DNA from: Octopus vulgaris | Lineage: Eukaryota | Reading direction: 5' to 3' | DNA: 64,000 nucleotides | NCBI GenBank assembly: GCA_951406725.2 | Contig: OX597842.1 | Span: forward strand, 2,542,001-2,606,000 | Shown here: piece after piece, positions 1 through 11,094 of the stretch | Numbering within the stretch: position 1 is the stretch's first letter | Layout of the letters: each line of letters begins with the position of its first letter | Notes under the pieces: generated by a model | The model's database searches: none | Seen by the model: the letters and a program-made list of their open reading frames with translations, nothing else | Told to the model about the DNA's origin: nothing | Made by a program: the position numbers and the translations under genes

Positions 1-343
1 CCTCTACTATAGGCTCAAAATCTTGTCAGTGGATTTGTTAGATGGAAACTGAAAGAAGCCCATCGTGTGTGTGTGTGCCTCGCATTATTGCTTGACCAAT
101 CAATGTTGGTGTGTTTACCTTCCCGTAACTTAGCAGTTCAGCAAAGTGACTGATAGAATGGGTTAGGGTTAGTATTTTAAAACTATTAAATACTGGGGAT
201 GAATAGACCCAAGTAAAAATTCTTCCAGGTGATGCTCCGGCTTGGCCACAGTCTAATGACTGAAACAAGTAAAAGATATATATATGTGTATGTATGTGTG
301 TGTGTGTACATGATTATTTCATATTTATATACATATAAATATT

Positions 344-508
344 GGCACAGGAGTGGCTGTGTGGTAAGAAGGTTGCTTACCAACCACATGGTTCCGGGTT
401 CAGTCCCACTGCATGGCACCTTGGGCGAGTGTCTTATACTATAGCCTCGGGCCAACCAAAGCCTTGTGAGTGGATTTGGTAGACGGAAACTGAAAGAAGC
501 CTGTTGTA

Positions 509-563
<55 letters not shown>

Positions 564-755
564 TTGTGTATGTCCCCCCAACATCGCTTGATAACCGATG
601 CTGGTGTGTTTACATCCCCGTAGCTTAGCGATTCGGCAAAAGAGACTGATAGAATAAGTACCAGGCTTACAAGGAATAAGTTCTGGGGTTGATGTGCTCA
701 ACAAAAGACAGTGCTCCAGCATGGCTGCAGTCAAATCACTGAAACAAGTAAAAGA
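344..755 (+). mobile_element. SINE family A (tRNA-like head, internal (TA)n(TG)n microsatellite, tail ending GACTGAAACAAGTAAAAGA), full-length copy
   Basis: Head GGCACAGGAGTGGCTGTGTGGTAAG...GGGTTCAGTCCC (A/B-box-like), then GCACCTTGGGCGAGTGTC, then the microsatellite and a constant tail. The same ~400-bp unit recurs >20 times in the window; a partial copy lies at 1-275. Confidence 0.85.
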
Positions 756-861
756 TTATATACACTTGCATGTCATTGTACATACATAAACACAACAGAG
801 AAAATCATACACACTCAATACCCCTCCTCTCTGTACAACCAAATTTCTTCTCCATTACAGT

Positions 862-955
<94 letters not shown>

Positions 956-1169
956 GGGAGGAGTGAGACAGGGCACTGAAACACCTCCTTCCCCACTCTG
1001 TGCTTGCAGCTTGCTTCCTGTAATTATCCTCCTTCCCCCCATCACATTCTCACCCCATCACCAACCACCATCAGCACAATCACCACCATCACCAGTGCAG
1101 CCACCAGCATCATCACTATAGCTACCATCACCACTACCACCACCCACCGCTGTTACCATCACTAGTACC

Positions 1170-1510
1170 TGTGCCACTTTCACACACCATTACCACCACC
1201 ACCACCCTCCCACCACTACCACTCTTGCACACCACCACCACCACCACTCTTGCACACTACCACCACTACCTCTCTTGCACACCACCACTACCATCACCAC
1301 CACCACTCTACCACCACCCTACCACTACCATCACCACCACCACTCTTGCACACCACCACCACTCTTGCACACCACCACCACCACTGCCATCACCACCACC
1401 ACCACCACTCTTGCACACCAACACCACTACCATCACCACCACCACCACTACCACACCACCACCACTCTTGCACACTACCACCACTACCACTCTTGCACAC
1501 CACCACCACC
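1170..1510. repeat. (ACC)n-based minisatellite with recurring CTCTTGCAC anchor
   Basis: CTCTTGCAC repeated about 8 times, separated by variable ACC/ACT triplets. Confidence 0.85.
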
Positions 1511-1529
1511 ATTTTTTGTTCTTTAATTC

Positions 1530-1810
1530 CAAGCCATCAGTCGAGTGAGCATCGGCCCTGCTGCCGTGTAGACACAACACAAATTTAAAACAATCATCCT
1601 CATGCAAATTGTCTTGTCATTTATCGCTTGGAAACATTGCAGCTATTTCCCCAAAGACCCAGTTCCGGAACAGAATGGAACACTTGCCGGAAGTCATGTG
1701 ACTTTCATAGCAGGAAGTGCGCTAACCTGTCTTGCATGCAGCCAATGGGCTGACGAAGGGAAACCGCCGCCTGGATGCTCGACCTGTTACAAATTGCTGT
1801 TAAATCTTTT
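1530..1810. promoter_or_regulatory. Unique motif-dense island (candidate enhancer/promoter)
   Basis: AACAAT 1589, octamer ATGCAAAT 1602-1609, TTCCGGAA 1663-1670, CCGGAAGT 1687-1694 overlapping GTCATGTGAC 1693-1702, CAGGAAGT 1711-1718, CCAAT 1742; CpGs retained. Confidence 0.4.
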
Positions 1811-2219
1811 GGGATTTTTAAATTGTATGTTCAAGCGTGGCTGTGTGGTTTAAGACGTTTGGCTTGTGACCAAGTGGTTCCAGGTTCAATACCACCAGAT
1901 GGCTGTGGACCTGAGGAAAATTGTCAAATGTATGTACATGTGTACATATACATACACTCTCTTCACTCTCTCTTTTACTCTTTTACTTGTTTCAGTCATT
2001 TGACTGCAGCCATGCTGGAGCACCGCCTTTAATCGAGCAAATCAGCCCCATGACTTATTCTTTGTAAGCGTAGTACTTATTCTATCACTCCCTTTTTGCT
2101 GAACCGGCGAGTTACGGGGACGTAAACACACCAGCATCAGTTGTCAAGCAATGGTGGGGAGGTGTAGACAAATACAGACACACAAACATATATACACACA
2201 CACACATACACACATACAT

Positions 2220-2450
2220 ACCTCATATGTTCTTAAAATTTAAATCCACATCTTTGTCTGTATATCTACCTTCTCTATAATGTTGCCACTTGATTTGAAA
2301 ATTTTTGTTTTAATGGAAAACCTCTATAATTGGTTGATGAGTGCTCAGCATCTTAAATCTGTTGTAATACTTACAACATTTAATAAAATGATGTAGTACG
2401 AAACGATCGTACCAAATTACCGGAGTCATTCTTGTTGCTTATTTTGATTA
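2220..2450 (+). mobile_element. Penelope-like terminal-repeat fragment carrying a hammerhead motif
   Basis: ~230-bp segment also present inverted at ~12585-12803; contains a type-I hammerhead fold, a known hallmark of Penelope-like pseudo-LTRs. Confidence 0.55.
2330..2415 (+). ncRNA. Minimal type-I hammerhead ribozyme, long stem II, C3U variant
   Basis: ttgg-TTGATGA-gtgct...agtac-GAAAC-GATC-GTA-ccaa. Stem I ttgg/ccaa, stem II gtgct/agtac extended by tgttgtaa/ttacaaca, palindromic stem III ACGATCGT. Confidence 0.65.
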
Positions 2451-2809
2451 TATATATATAGGGAGAATTCACAAACAAACAAAAGACAAAGACAGGTGGT
2501 GTAGAAAACAAACAAATGTATTAGTATAACACTCGAGAAATGAAAAAGTCTTTAACGTTTCAAGTCTACACTCTTCCACAGAAAGGAACACAGAAAGAAA
2601 CAAGGAGAGAAAATAAACAATGTCTAGTGGCTAGTGATCTGACAGGCTTCTTTCAGTTTCCGTCTACCAAGTCCACTCACAAGACTTTGGTCAGCCCAAG
2701 GCTATAGTAGAAACACTGACTATAGTAGACACTGAACCCAGAACCATGTGGTTGGTAAGCTAGCTACTTACCACACAGCTACTCCTGTGCCTATACTCCT
2801 GTGCCTTGG

Positions 2810-3245
2810 AGCAGTTCTCAGAGAGATTCAGAGTGACACAGAATGGGATAAGGTTGGCCCTTTTAAATTACTGGTACTACTAACTTTTGCCAGGTGAGTG
2901 GACTGGAGCAACGTGCTCAAGGACACAATTCTCTGCCAGTTATGACAACATGAGTTCCAGTTGATCTTATCAACAGAACAGCTTGCACATCAAATTATAT
3001 CCAAGTGGCCGAGTACTCCACAGATATGCTTGCCCTTGGCATAGTTTTGGGGAAGATTCAGTGTGACGCAATGTGACAAAGCTGACCCTTCTGAATTACA
3101 AGTGCAACTCATTTTTGCCAGCTGAGTGGACTGGGGCAATGTTAAATAATATATCTTACTCAAGGACAAAATTGCACTGCTGGGAATTGAACTCATGACC
3201 TTGCGATCATGAGCCAAATATCCTAATCACTAAGCCATGCTACCT
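2810..3245 (-). mobile_element. Decayed tRNA-headed SINE (family D-like), about two partial units
   Basis: Reverse complement gives TGGCTTAGTGATTAGG...GAGTTCAATTCC head and GTCCTTGAGTAAGA...CCAGTCCACTCAGCTGGCAAAAATGAG body; related + copy at ~16290-16690. Confidence 0.6.
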
Positions 3246-3614
3246 TACTTACCTATACCAGGCATACATCCTACATGTTCACACTGGCCACAAAATAGGT
3301 TGGCCAGCAGGTACCCATGGGTCAGTGAGTGGTATTTGTCAGTCAGAAGCTAGTCAGGGTTTGAACCCAGAATGACAAGAAGTGGGAAAGGTACCACACA
3401 GTGTCGGGTTTCATTCCCAAATGATTCAGAAATCCCATCACGCTTAACTGGAACTTCTGAACCCTATATTTTTTTTTTGCCTTCGTTGCCCCTAATTACT
3501 AAAGCTATAATTAATAGACTTGTACAGTAATGTGTCCACCCAATATCAGATCCTTTTCCCTTTATGAAGACCAGCTGGTGTGTATAAAAGATATATATCT
3601 CCTTGAAATACACA

Positions 3615-3655
<41 letters not shown>

Positions 3656-3878
3656 TTACGCATACAAATGTACATGTATATGCAGATATCTACATATATA
3701 TATTTATATACATGCGTGTTAGTATGCATAAGTGTGTGTACATGTATGTATGTATATATGTATGTGCATGTCTGAGTATATATATATATATATATACACA
3801 TATATACACACACATATATATATATATATATATAATGTATATATACACGTATATATATACACATATATATATATACAC

Positions 3879-3924
<46 letters not shown>

Positions 3925-3961
3925 ATATATATATCTGCACATATATATATATGTGTGTGTG

Positions 3962-4006
<45 letters not shown>

Positions 4007-4088
4007 GTTTATGTGTGTGTGTATATATATATGTATATGCACACATGTATACACACGTGTGTATCTGTAGGTCTCTCTATGTTTTACC

Positions 4089-4285
4089 TTAACTCTTTTC
4101 GCATTCACATTGGTTTGAATGAAATCACGACTTACCTCACAGCTTCAAGATTTCAGTGATACGATTCCCTTATTACTGGTATGACATTGTAGGGTAGGTG
4201 TGAGAGGCCACATCTGGCCAGTTTGAACATAAAACATGTTGAATACTTGAACCAGTTTCACCCAGTTTAAATGATAAATGGCTAA
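4089..4285. mobile_element. Decayed TTAA-flanked MITE (piggyBac-like)
   Basis: TTAACTCTTTTCGCATTC...AAATGATAAATGGCTAA degenerate inverted termini. Confidence 0.3.
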
Positions 4286-4387
4286 TTATCTGTTCCAGTT
4301 ATCTCAAGTCAGCATACATACATACATGTATGTATTTTACTAAAAGCACCACAAGAAATTCTGCTCTATCTCTCACTCTGTATATGT

Positions 4388-4422
<35 letters not shown>

Positions 4423-4729
4423 CTAGCAGTATCACCTGGCGTTGCTCGGGTTTGTAAGAGAAATAACTATATAAGCATTTTAAGAGAGTTACTTCCCTTA
4501 TATAACCCGAGCAAAAATCATTAAAAACGTGGAAAAATGATGGTAAATTTTTTTTTAAATCGTAGACTCATCGTAAACGCGCGCTAATACCCAGAAGGGC
4601 TCGATATGAATGACGACTATAAAATACCCGCTTTTGGTTAAACTGCACCGCAAAATGTGGGAGTAGTTAGGAATCTAAATCGGAGGAGACAGAGTCTCAC
4701 ACACACAACTTCAATTTTATATATAAAGA
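4423..4729 (-). mobile_element. Non-autonomous Helitron
   Basis: Minus strand reads A|TC...CCCGAGCAACGCCAGG (GC-rich subterminal hairpin)...CTAG|T, i.e. canonical 5'-TC / 3'-CTAG termini inserted at an AT site. Confidence 0.75.
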
Positions 4730-5234
4730 TATATTAGCTACTGGACCCGGCATTTTATAGTGAAAACAAAGTTTCCATTGAAATGGCAATTATCGGACGA
4801 TTTTCTATTCAAGTTTAATCATTTTAAGTCATAGTGAAAATGCAACCTATGTAGTAAATAGGCATGTGAGCATTGTATAAATTTCATCATTGAGAAGTTT
4901 ACCATATTTTGTACATACAAGTATACTAGCGTGTGGGCTCACAGGTACAATTGTGCCCACAGGTGGGGGATTTCCCCACTCCTTTTTTAAAGTAATGCCT
5001 TTAAATGTTTTACAGAAACACTGACGGTATATGTGCATGTTCATTTTGCATGCACCTATGTTGATGAAGACATGTATACATATACACTCTCATACATGCA
5101 TAAATGCACTGAATTATATATACATGCACATATATGCACATCCGCATATATATACATGCACATACACACACCCACACATATTAAAATATATATCAAGATA
5201 TATACACATTTATGCATGTCTATATATACATGTA

Positions 5235-6106
5235 CGTGGTCTGATCAATAAATATCCGGACTGTTGCCATAGTAACGAAGCTAAAGCATGCAGAGTGAAG
5301 CCACTTGGCAGATATCAACCTTGAACTCTACTGTGCATGTGCACTAAGTTTTAACGTTCTAGCTTACTTCTGCTGTTTACAGCAGTGCTTGGAAGGAAGG
5401 TGTGTAGTGTGTGATCATTGTATTGACCATGACAGAGAAAGTTCAGCAGAGAATCTGCATCAAATTTTGCCAAAAGCTTGGTGATACCTGCTCAGGGGCC
5501 TACACAAAGTTTTCGAAAAGTTTTCATCATTGTTGGCACAATCAAGGAGGTCTTGTGCTACAGAAACCCGAGGTCCTTTTGGTCGGCTGAAAGCAGTTTT
5601 GGCACTGATTTAGCAGACACACTCAGACTCAAATGGACTGAACTGAACTGTAACAAATCTGCACATCCTCTGATAACCCATGGATGGTGGTTCAATGATT
5701 TCCCCTCACAGCTGCATGCGTATCTGTGATGTTTTTCTCAGTTCTGCTTGTTGCGCGTTTCCCAGAACGTTTGTCAATATCAACATTTTTTCGGCCATCT
5801 TAGAAATGTCTGAAGCACTCGTACACCTGTGTGTGGCTCATACACTCCTCTTTATACACTTTCCGCAACTTTGCATAGGCCTCTGAGCAGGTATCACCAT
5901 GGCAACATTCTCTGTCAATGCAACGATCACATGCTACACACCTTCCTTCCAAGCACTGCTGTAAACAGCAGAAGTGAGCTAGAACATTAAAATTTAGTAT
6001 GCATGCACAGCAGAATTCAAGGTTAATCTGTGCCTAGCAGCTTCACTCTGCATGCTTTTGGTTCATTACTATGGCAACGATACGGATACGTATTGCTCAG
6101 ACCTTG
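5235..6106. mobile_element. Fold-back mariner derivative (two inverted 5' ends, decayed transposase N-terminus)
   Basis: Arms ~5235-5495 and ~5885-6106 are inverted copies. + strand encodes MTEKVQQRICIKFCQKLGDT; - strand encodes ...YKEECMSHTQVYECFRHF*DGRKNVDIDKRSGK, resembling the mariner HTH region. TA at the left end. Confidence 0.8.
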
Positions 6107-6309
6107 TTTGTATATGCATTTATATATATATGTGTGTGCGTGTGTGTATGTATGAATGTAATATGTGTGTGTGTGTATATATATATATGTATGTATGTAT
6201 GTATATATATATGTATTATATGTGTGTGTATATGTATGTATATTGTGTGTGTATATATATATATATATACATGTATGTATATATATATATATTATACGTG
6301 TGTGTGTAC

Positions 6310-6353
<44 letters not shown>

Positions 6354-6816
6354 ATATGTATATATATCTATGTATCTATATATATGTATATATGCTTATG
6401 CAATGTATATACATGCGTGTATGTACATACACACACACACACACATATATATATGTAAGTATGTATGTATAAATTAATATACACACACACACATATATAG
6501 AGACTTGTGTACATAGACACACAGACACCCATATTCATAACCCCTAATACCCAAATATATATTAATCCCTACTTAGACATTCAACAAGGCATGTAGTTGT
6601 TTCAATGAAGAAATTTTTCTGCCATAATTATCCGCACATGTCTCTGATTAAAGACAGACTCTGTCCCCACCATTCCTTATTTCATTTGTGTTGCTGTTGT
6701 TTAGCCCATGGTCAATTCTCTAACCATCGGACCTGTGATCAAAGATATTGTAGCTGTGATCATCCCATCTTTTATTCAGACATGATGTACCTAGGACTAC
6801 ATTATCTAATGTACAG

Positions 6817-7080
6817 TCATCATCATCAACATTTAGCGTCCGCTTTCCATGCTAGCATGGGTTGGACGGTTCAACTGGGGTCTGAGAAGCCAGAAGGCTG
6901 CACCAGGCTCCTGTCTGATCTGGCAATGTTTCTACAGCTGGATGCCCTTCCTAACGCCAACCACTCCATGAGGGTAGTGGGTGCTTTTTACGTGCCACCC
7001 GCACAGGTGCTGGCAATGGACACGGTCGGGTGGTGCTTTTTATGTGCCATCGGCACGGGGACCAGGCGAGGCTGGCAACA
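6817..7080 (-). mobile_element. SINE-like family C ((GAT)n tail, GGCGTTAGGAAGGGCATCCAGCTGTAGAAAC core)
   Basis: Same element at 12145-12470, 27520-28055, 41830-41975 and 54720-54905; the core resembles the Meta domain of MetaSINEs (from memory). Confidence 0.7.
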
Positions 7081-7084
7081 GTAT

Positions 7085-7312
7085 AAATAAAATATAAATG
7101 CACCCTTTTAAAGCCTAGCCAGGCTCATGGGCCCGGTTTCCCAGTTTCTATGGTGTATGTGTTCCCCAACTGGACGGGACACCGGTGGACTGGAGCAACG
7201 TGAAATGAAGTGTTTTGCTCAAGAATACAATGCGTCACCCGGTCCAGGAATCGAAACCACAATCTTAATTTCATGAGGCTGACACCCTAACCACTAAGCC
7301 ATTTGCCTCCAC
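7085..7312 (-). mobile_element. tRNA-headed SINE family D
   Basis: Reverse complement TGGCTTAGTGGTTAGGG...GGTTTCGATTCC head; tail CCCATGAGCCTGGCTAGGCTT shared with 42515-42830. Confidence 0.7.
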
Positions 7313-8349
7313 AATGTACAGTATAAGAGTTAGTATTAGTGGCTATATCTGTTGTTGTTGTTTAACACCAGGTCAGTTCTGATCGAACAGGCTTATGATC
7401 ACTGATGTTCTAGCTGTGATTGTTCCAGCTTTTATTCAGACCTAGTGTATCTAGGACTACATTGTCTAATGTACAGTATTACAGTATTAGTGGTTATAAT
7501 TGTTGTTATTTAACCTCAGGTCAATCAAGTTCACCCATGATCAAAGATGCTCCAGCTGTGACCATCCCATCTTTTATTCAGACATAGTGTCTAGGACTAC
7601 ATATCTAATGTATATCATAGTAATTAGTGGTAATGGCTATAGATGTTGTTGTTGCTTAGCCCTAGGTCAGTCTGATCCAGTAGACCTATGATCAAAAATG
7701 TTCCATCTGTGACCATCCCATCTTTTATTCAGACGTAGTGTATCTAGGACTACATTATCTAATGTACAGTATAGGAGTTAGTATTAGCAGCTTTAGTTGT
7801 TGTCATTTAGCCCCAGGTCCTGAAACAGCAGACCTATGATCAAAGATGCTCCAGATGTGACCACCCCATCTTTTATTCAGACATAGTAGGGCTACATTAT
7901 CCAATGTACAGTATAGGCGTTAGTACTGGCAGTTATAGGTTTGTTTTTGTTTAGCCAGCCGAACTCTGATCAAATACATTCCAGCTGTGACCATTCCATC
8001 TTCAGGCATTGTTTATCTAGGACCACATTATTGAATGTACAGTACAATAGTTAGTATTAGTTGCTATAATTGTTGTTGTTGTATTGGTATGTATTGCAAG
8101 AAACAGCTAGGTTTCTTTCTGTAATGTTAGGGTTAGGGTCTATAAAACTAATTGTTATATATCAAATGGCTTTAGGGCCCAACAGAATAAAATGGTAATT
8201 AAAAGGGGTCCATAAATGAAAAAATGTTTGAGAACCCCTGCCGTAATAGGTGCTATTACTCCAGGTCAGAGTAGATCTGGGAATTGTAGTAGCTTAGAGG
8301 TGGTTCCACACTCCTCAAAACCCCAGAACACCTGAACGAGGGCCCCTGG

Positions 8350-8367
8350 AGAGATAGACAGATAGAA

Positions 8368-8414
<47 letters not shown>

Positions 8415-8561
8415 TAGATTGATAGAGAGAGAGAGTGAGAGAGAGAGAGAAATACATAGATGGATAGGTAGATACATAGATAGATAGACACATATACAGA
8501 GAGAGAGAGAGAAAGAGGAAGAGACAGACAGACAGATAGAGAGAGAGACAGACAGACAGAT

Positions 8562-8592
<31 letters not shown>

Positions 8593-8750
8593 TAGAGAGA
8601 GACAGACAGACAGACAGATAGAGAGACAGACAGACAGATAGAGAGACAGACAGGCGGACAGACAGATAGAGAGACTGACAGACAGACAGATAGAGAGACA
8701 GACAGGCAGATAGAGGGAGAGACAGACAGACATAGAGAGAGACATATAGG
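8350..8750. repeat. (GACA)n/(GATA)n/(GA)n compound microsatellite
   Basis: Direct inspection. Confidence 0.95.
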
Positions 8751-9026
8751 GAGACAGGCTGAAATAAAGAGGAAGAGTGTACAACAGAGTAGAGTAAAGG
8801 AGGTTACCTGAAGAAGATAATTGGGGGAACACCCTACCCCGCCTTCTCCCCCTCTTTCTCCTTCTTGTGTATCCTTTGTTACACTTGAGTGACATCACAA
8901 TTCTTCTCTCTTTCTCTCATTTGTTCCTTTTCTCTCTATCTTTACATAGAGAACAATTTATGACCTCCCCTCTCTCTCCTTGTCATTCTCTCACTCTCTC
9001 ATCTATGATACACACACACACACACA

Positions 9027-9082
<56 letters not shown>

Positions 9083-9156
9083 TTGTGTGTGTATTTATAT
9101 TTACTCTCTCCCTCTAACATTGTCTTTCTATATCTGAGTCTGTTTCTCTCTCTCAT

Positions 9157-9251
<95 letters not shown>

Positions 9252-9288
9252 GTATGTATGTGTATATATATATATGTGTGTATGTGTA

Positions 9289-9347
<59 letters not shown>

Positions 9348-9999
9348 ATGTATATATATATGTGTGTATGTGTATGTGTGTGTATATATATATATATTTA
9401 TAATAAGAGTAGCTCGTATATACATACATACATACATACACACACACACCTCTCCTTTTTCCTCTCCATATGTATCTGTCTCTCTCTCTCTCTATCTCCT
9501 TCTCACTCTCAGTTTCTTCCTGAGTCTGTATAACTCTCTAATCCTAACACTCTCTCCCTCTCTCTCTCTACTGTACACCTCTCTCTCTATCTCTCCTTCC
9601 CTCACTTACTCTGAGAAAAAGGGACTTTCAGACATTTACAGGAAAGACATCAGGGAGCCATTTTCCCACCCTTTGTTAAGTTCCAGTGACATCACAAATC
9701 TATCCCCCCCCCCCATCCAAGCAGAACTAATCTTAACAATTACAACTTCCCCCTCGTTCTTTCTTTGTATGTCTGTCTGTCTGTCTGTCTCAACTTCACC
9801 CTCTCTCTTTCTTTCCCTTTGTGTGTGTGTGTGTGTGCTCTCTCTTTCTCTCCCTGTTGTTCTGATCTTGCCTCTAGCAAGACAGGAAGTGAACTTAGCA
9901 ACTTCCTTTGACAGGTCATGGGGTAGGGTACGCAGAATCTGTGTCGATATGTATATATGAGTGTATGTGTGTACACACACATACACATGGACCACTGAA

Positions 10000-10175
10000 C
10001 TCAACACGTCTTTTTCCTTCTGTCTCTATTTATCTCCTCTTGTTTATCTTTCTGTCAAAGAGCATAGGCTCGAAACGTAAAAGACTTCTCCATTTTCCAC
10101 GACTGTCAAACTAATACACTTGCTTGTTGTTCTTATACTTATCTTCGTCTTTGTTTCTCTATAAATTTGAACTAT
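10000..10175 (+). mobile_element. Penelope-like terminal fragment with degenerate hammerhead-like fold
   Basis: tcttt-CTGTCAAA-gagc-atag-gctc-GAAAC-GTA-aaaga at 10047-10084; related minus-strand copy at ~2460-2620. Confidence 0.45.
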
Positions 10176-10186
10176 ATATATAGGTA

Positions 10187-10314
10187 TACTATGTCTGAAT
10201 AAAAGATGGGGTGGTCACATCTGGAGCATCTTTGATCATAGGTCTGCTGTTTCAGGACCTGGGGATAAATGACAACAACTAAAGCTGCTAATACTAACTC
10301 CTATACTGTACATT
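10187..10314 (-). repeat. Inverted copy of 7761-7888 from the ~145-bp array
   Basis: 128-bp reverse complement with only 1 mismatch seen. Confidence 0.9.
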
Positions 10315-10468
10315 GTGTTATACTCATTATCTTTTTTTAATAATTTAGATATATATTTAAAATAATATAAATTAATTAATCTTATGTATTGGCTTAAGTT
10401 TTTCATTGTATGATTTGCCTAATAGTGGTTTTACCTCTAATTTAATATAATATATATATATATATATA

Positions 10469-10650
10469 GGCGTAGGAGTGGCTGTGTGGTAAGTAGCTTG
10501 CTTACCAACCATATGGTTCCGGGTTCAGTCCCACTGTGTGGCACCTTGGGCAAGTGTCTTCTACTATAGCCTCGGGCCGACCAAAGCCTTGTGAGTGGAT
10601 TTGGTAGACAGAAACTGAAAGAAGCCCGTCGTATATATGTATAAATATAC

Positions 10651-10684
<34 letters not shown>

Positions 10685-10872
10685 ATGTTTGTGTGTCTGT
10701 GTTTGTCCCCCTATGCTGGTGTGTTTATGTCCCCATCACTTAGCGGTTCAGCAAAAGAGACCGATAGAATAAGTACTAGGCTTACAAAGAATAAGTCCCG
10801 GGGTTGAGTTGCTCGATTAAAGGCGGTGCTCCAGCATGGCCGCAATCAAATGACTGAAACAAAGTAAAGAGA
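10469..10872 (+). mobile_element. SINE family A, full-length
   Basis: Head, internal microsatellite and tail as in 344-755. Confidence 0.85.
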
Positions 10873-11094
10873 GAATATATATATATATATATATATATAT
10901 GAATGTGTGTGTGTGTATATATATATATATAAATATACAAACACACACACATTCATATAGACACGCCCAAGCTCACACATATATATGCATGTATGTAAAG
11001 AGATAAGCAGACACAGAGATATATAGATAAGTAGACAGAACAATAGATAGGTAGACAGACAGGCAGAAAGATAGATAGATCAACAGAGAGATAT

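Larger units (their letters stand above)
1975..2792 (-). mobile_element. SINE family A copy split by Penelope-like insertions in its internal microsatellite
   Basis: Tail half at 1975-2215 and head half at 2640-2792 are collinear; 2216-2640 is foreign repeat sequence. Confidence 0.75.
6690..8070 (+). repeat. Tandem array of a ~145-bp unit (about 6 diverged copies), interrupted by SINEs at 6817-7312
   Basis: GACCTATGATCAAAGATG..CCAGCTGTGACCATCCCATCTTTTATTCAGAC..CTAGGACTACATTATCTAATGTACAG recurs at 142-150 bp spacing. Confidence 0.85.

Noticed and set aside
186-734. Recurrent peptides such as [15 protein letters not shown]...PKVPCSGTEPGTMWLVS that look like a gene family
   Set aside because: They are antisense translations of SINE family A copies with no frame conservation between copies
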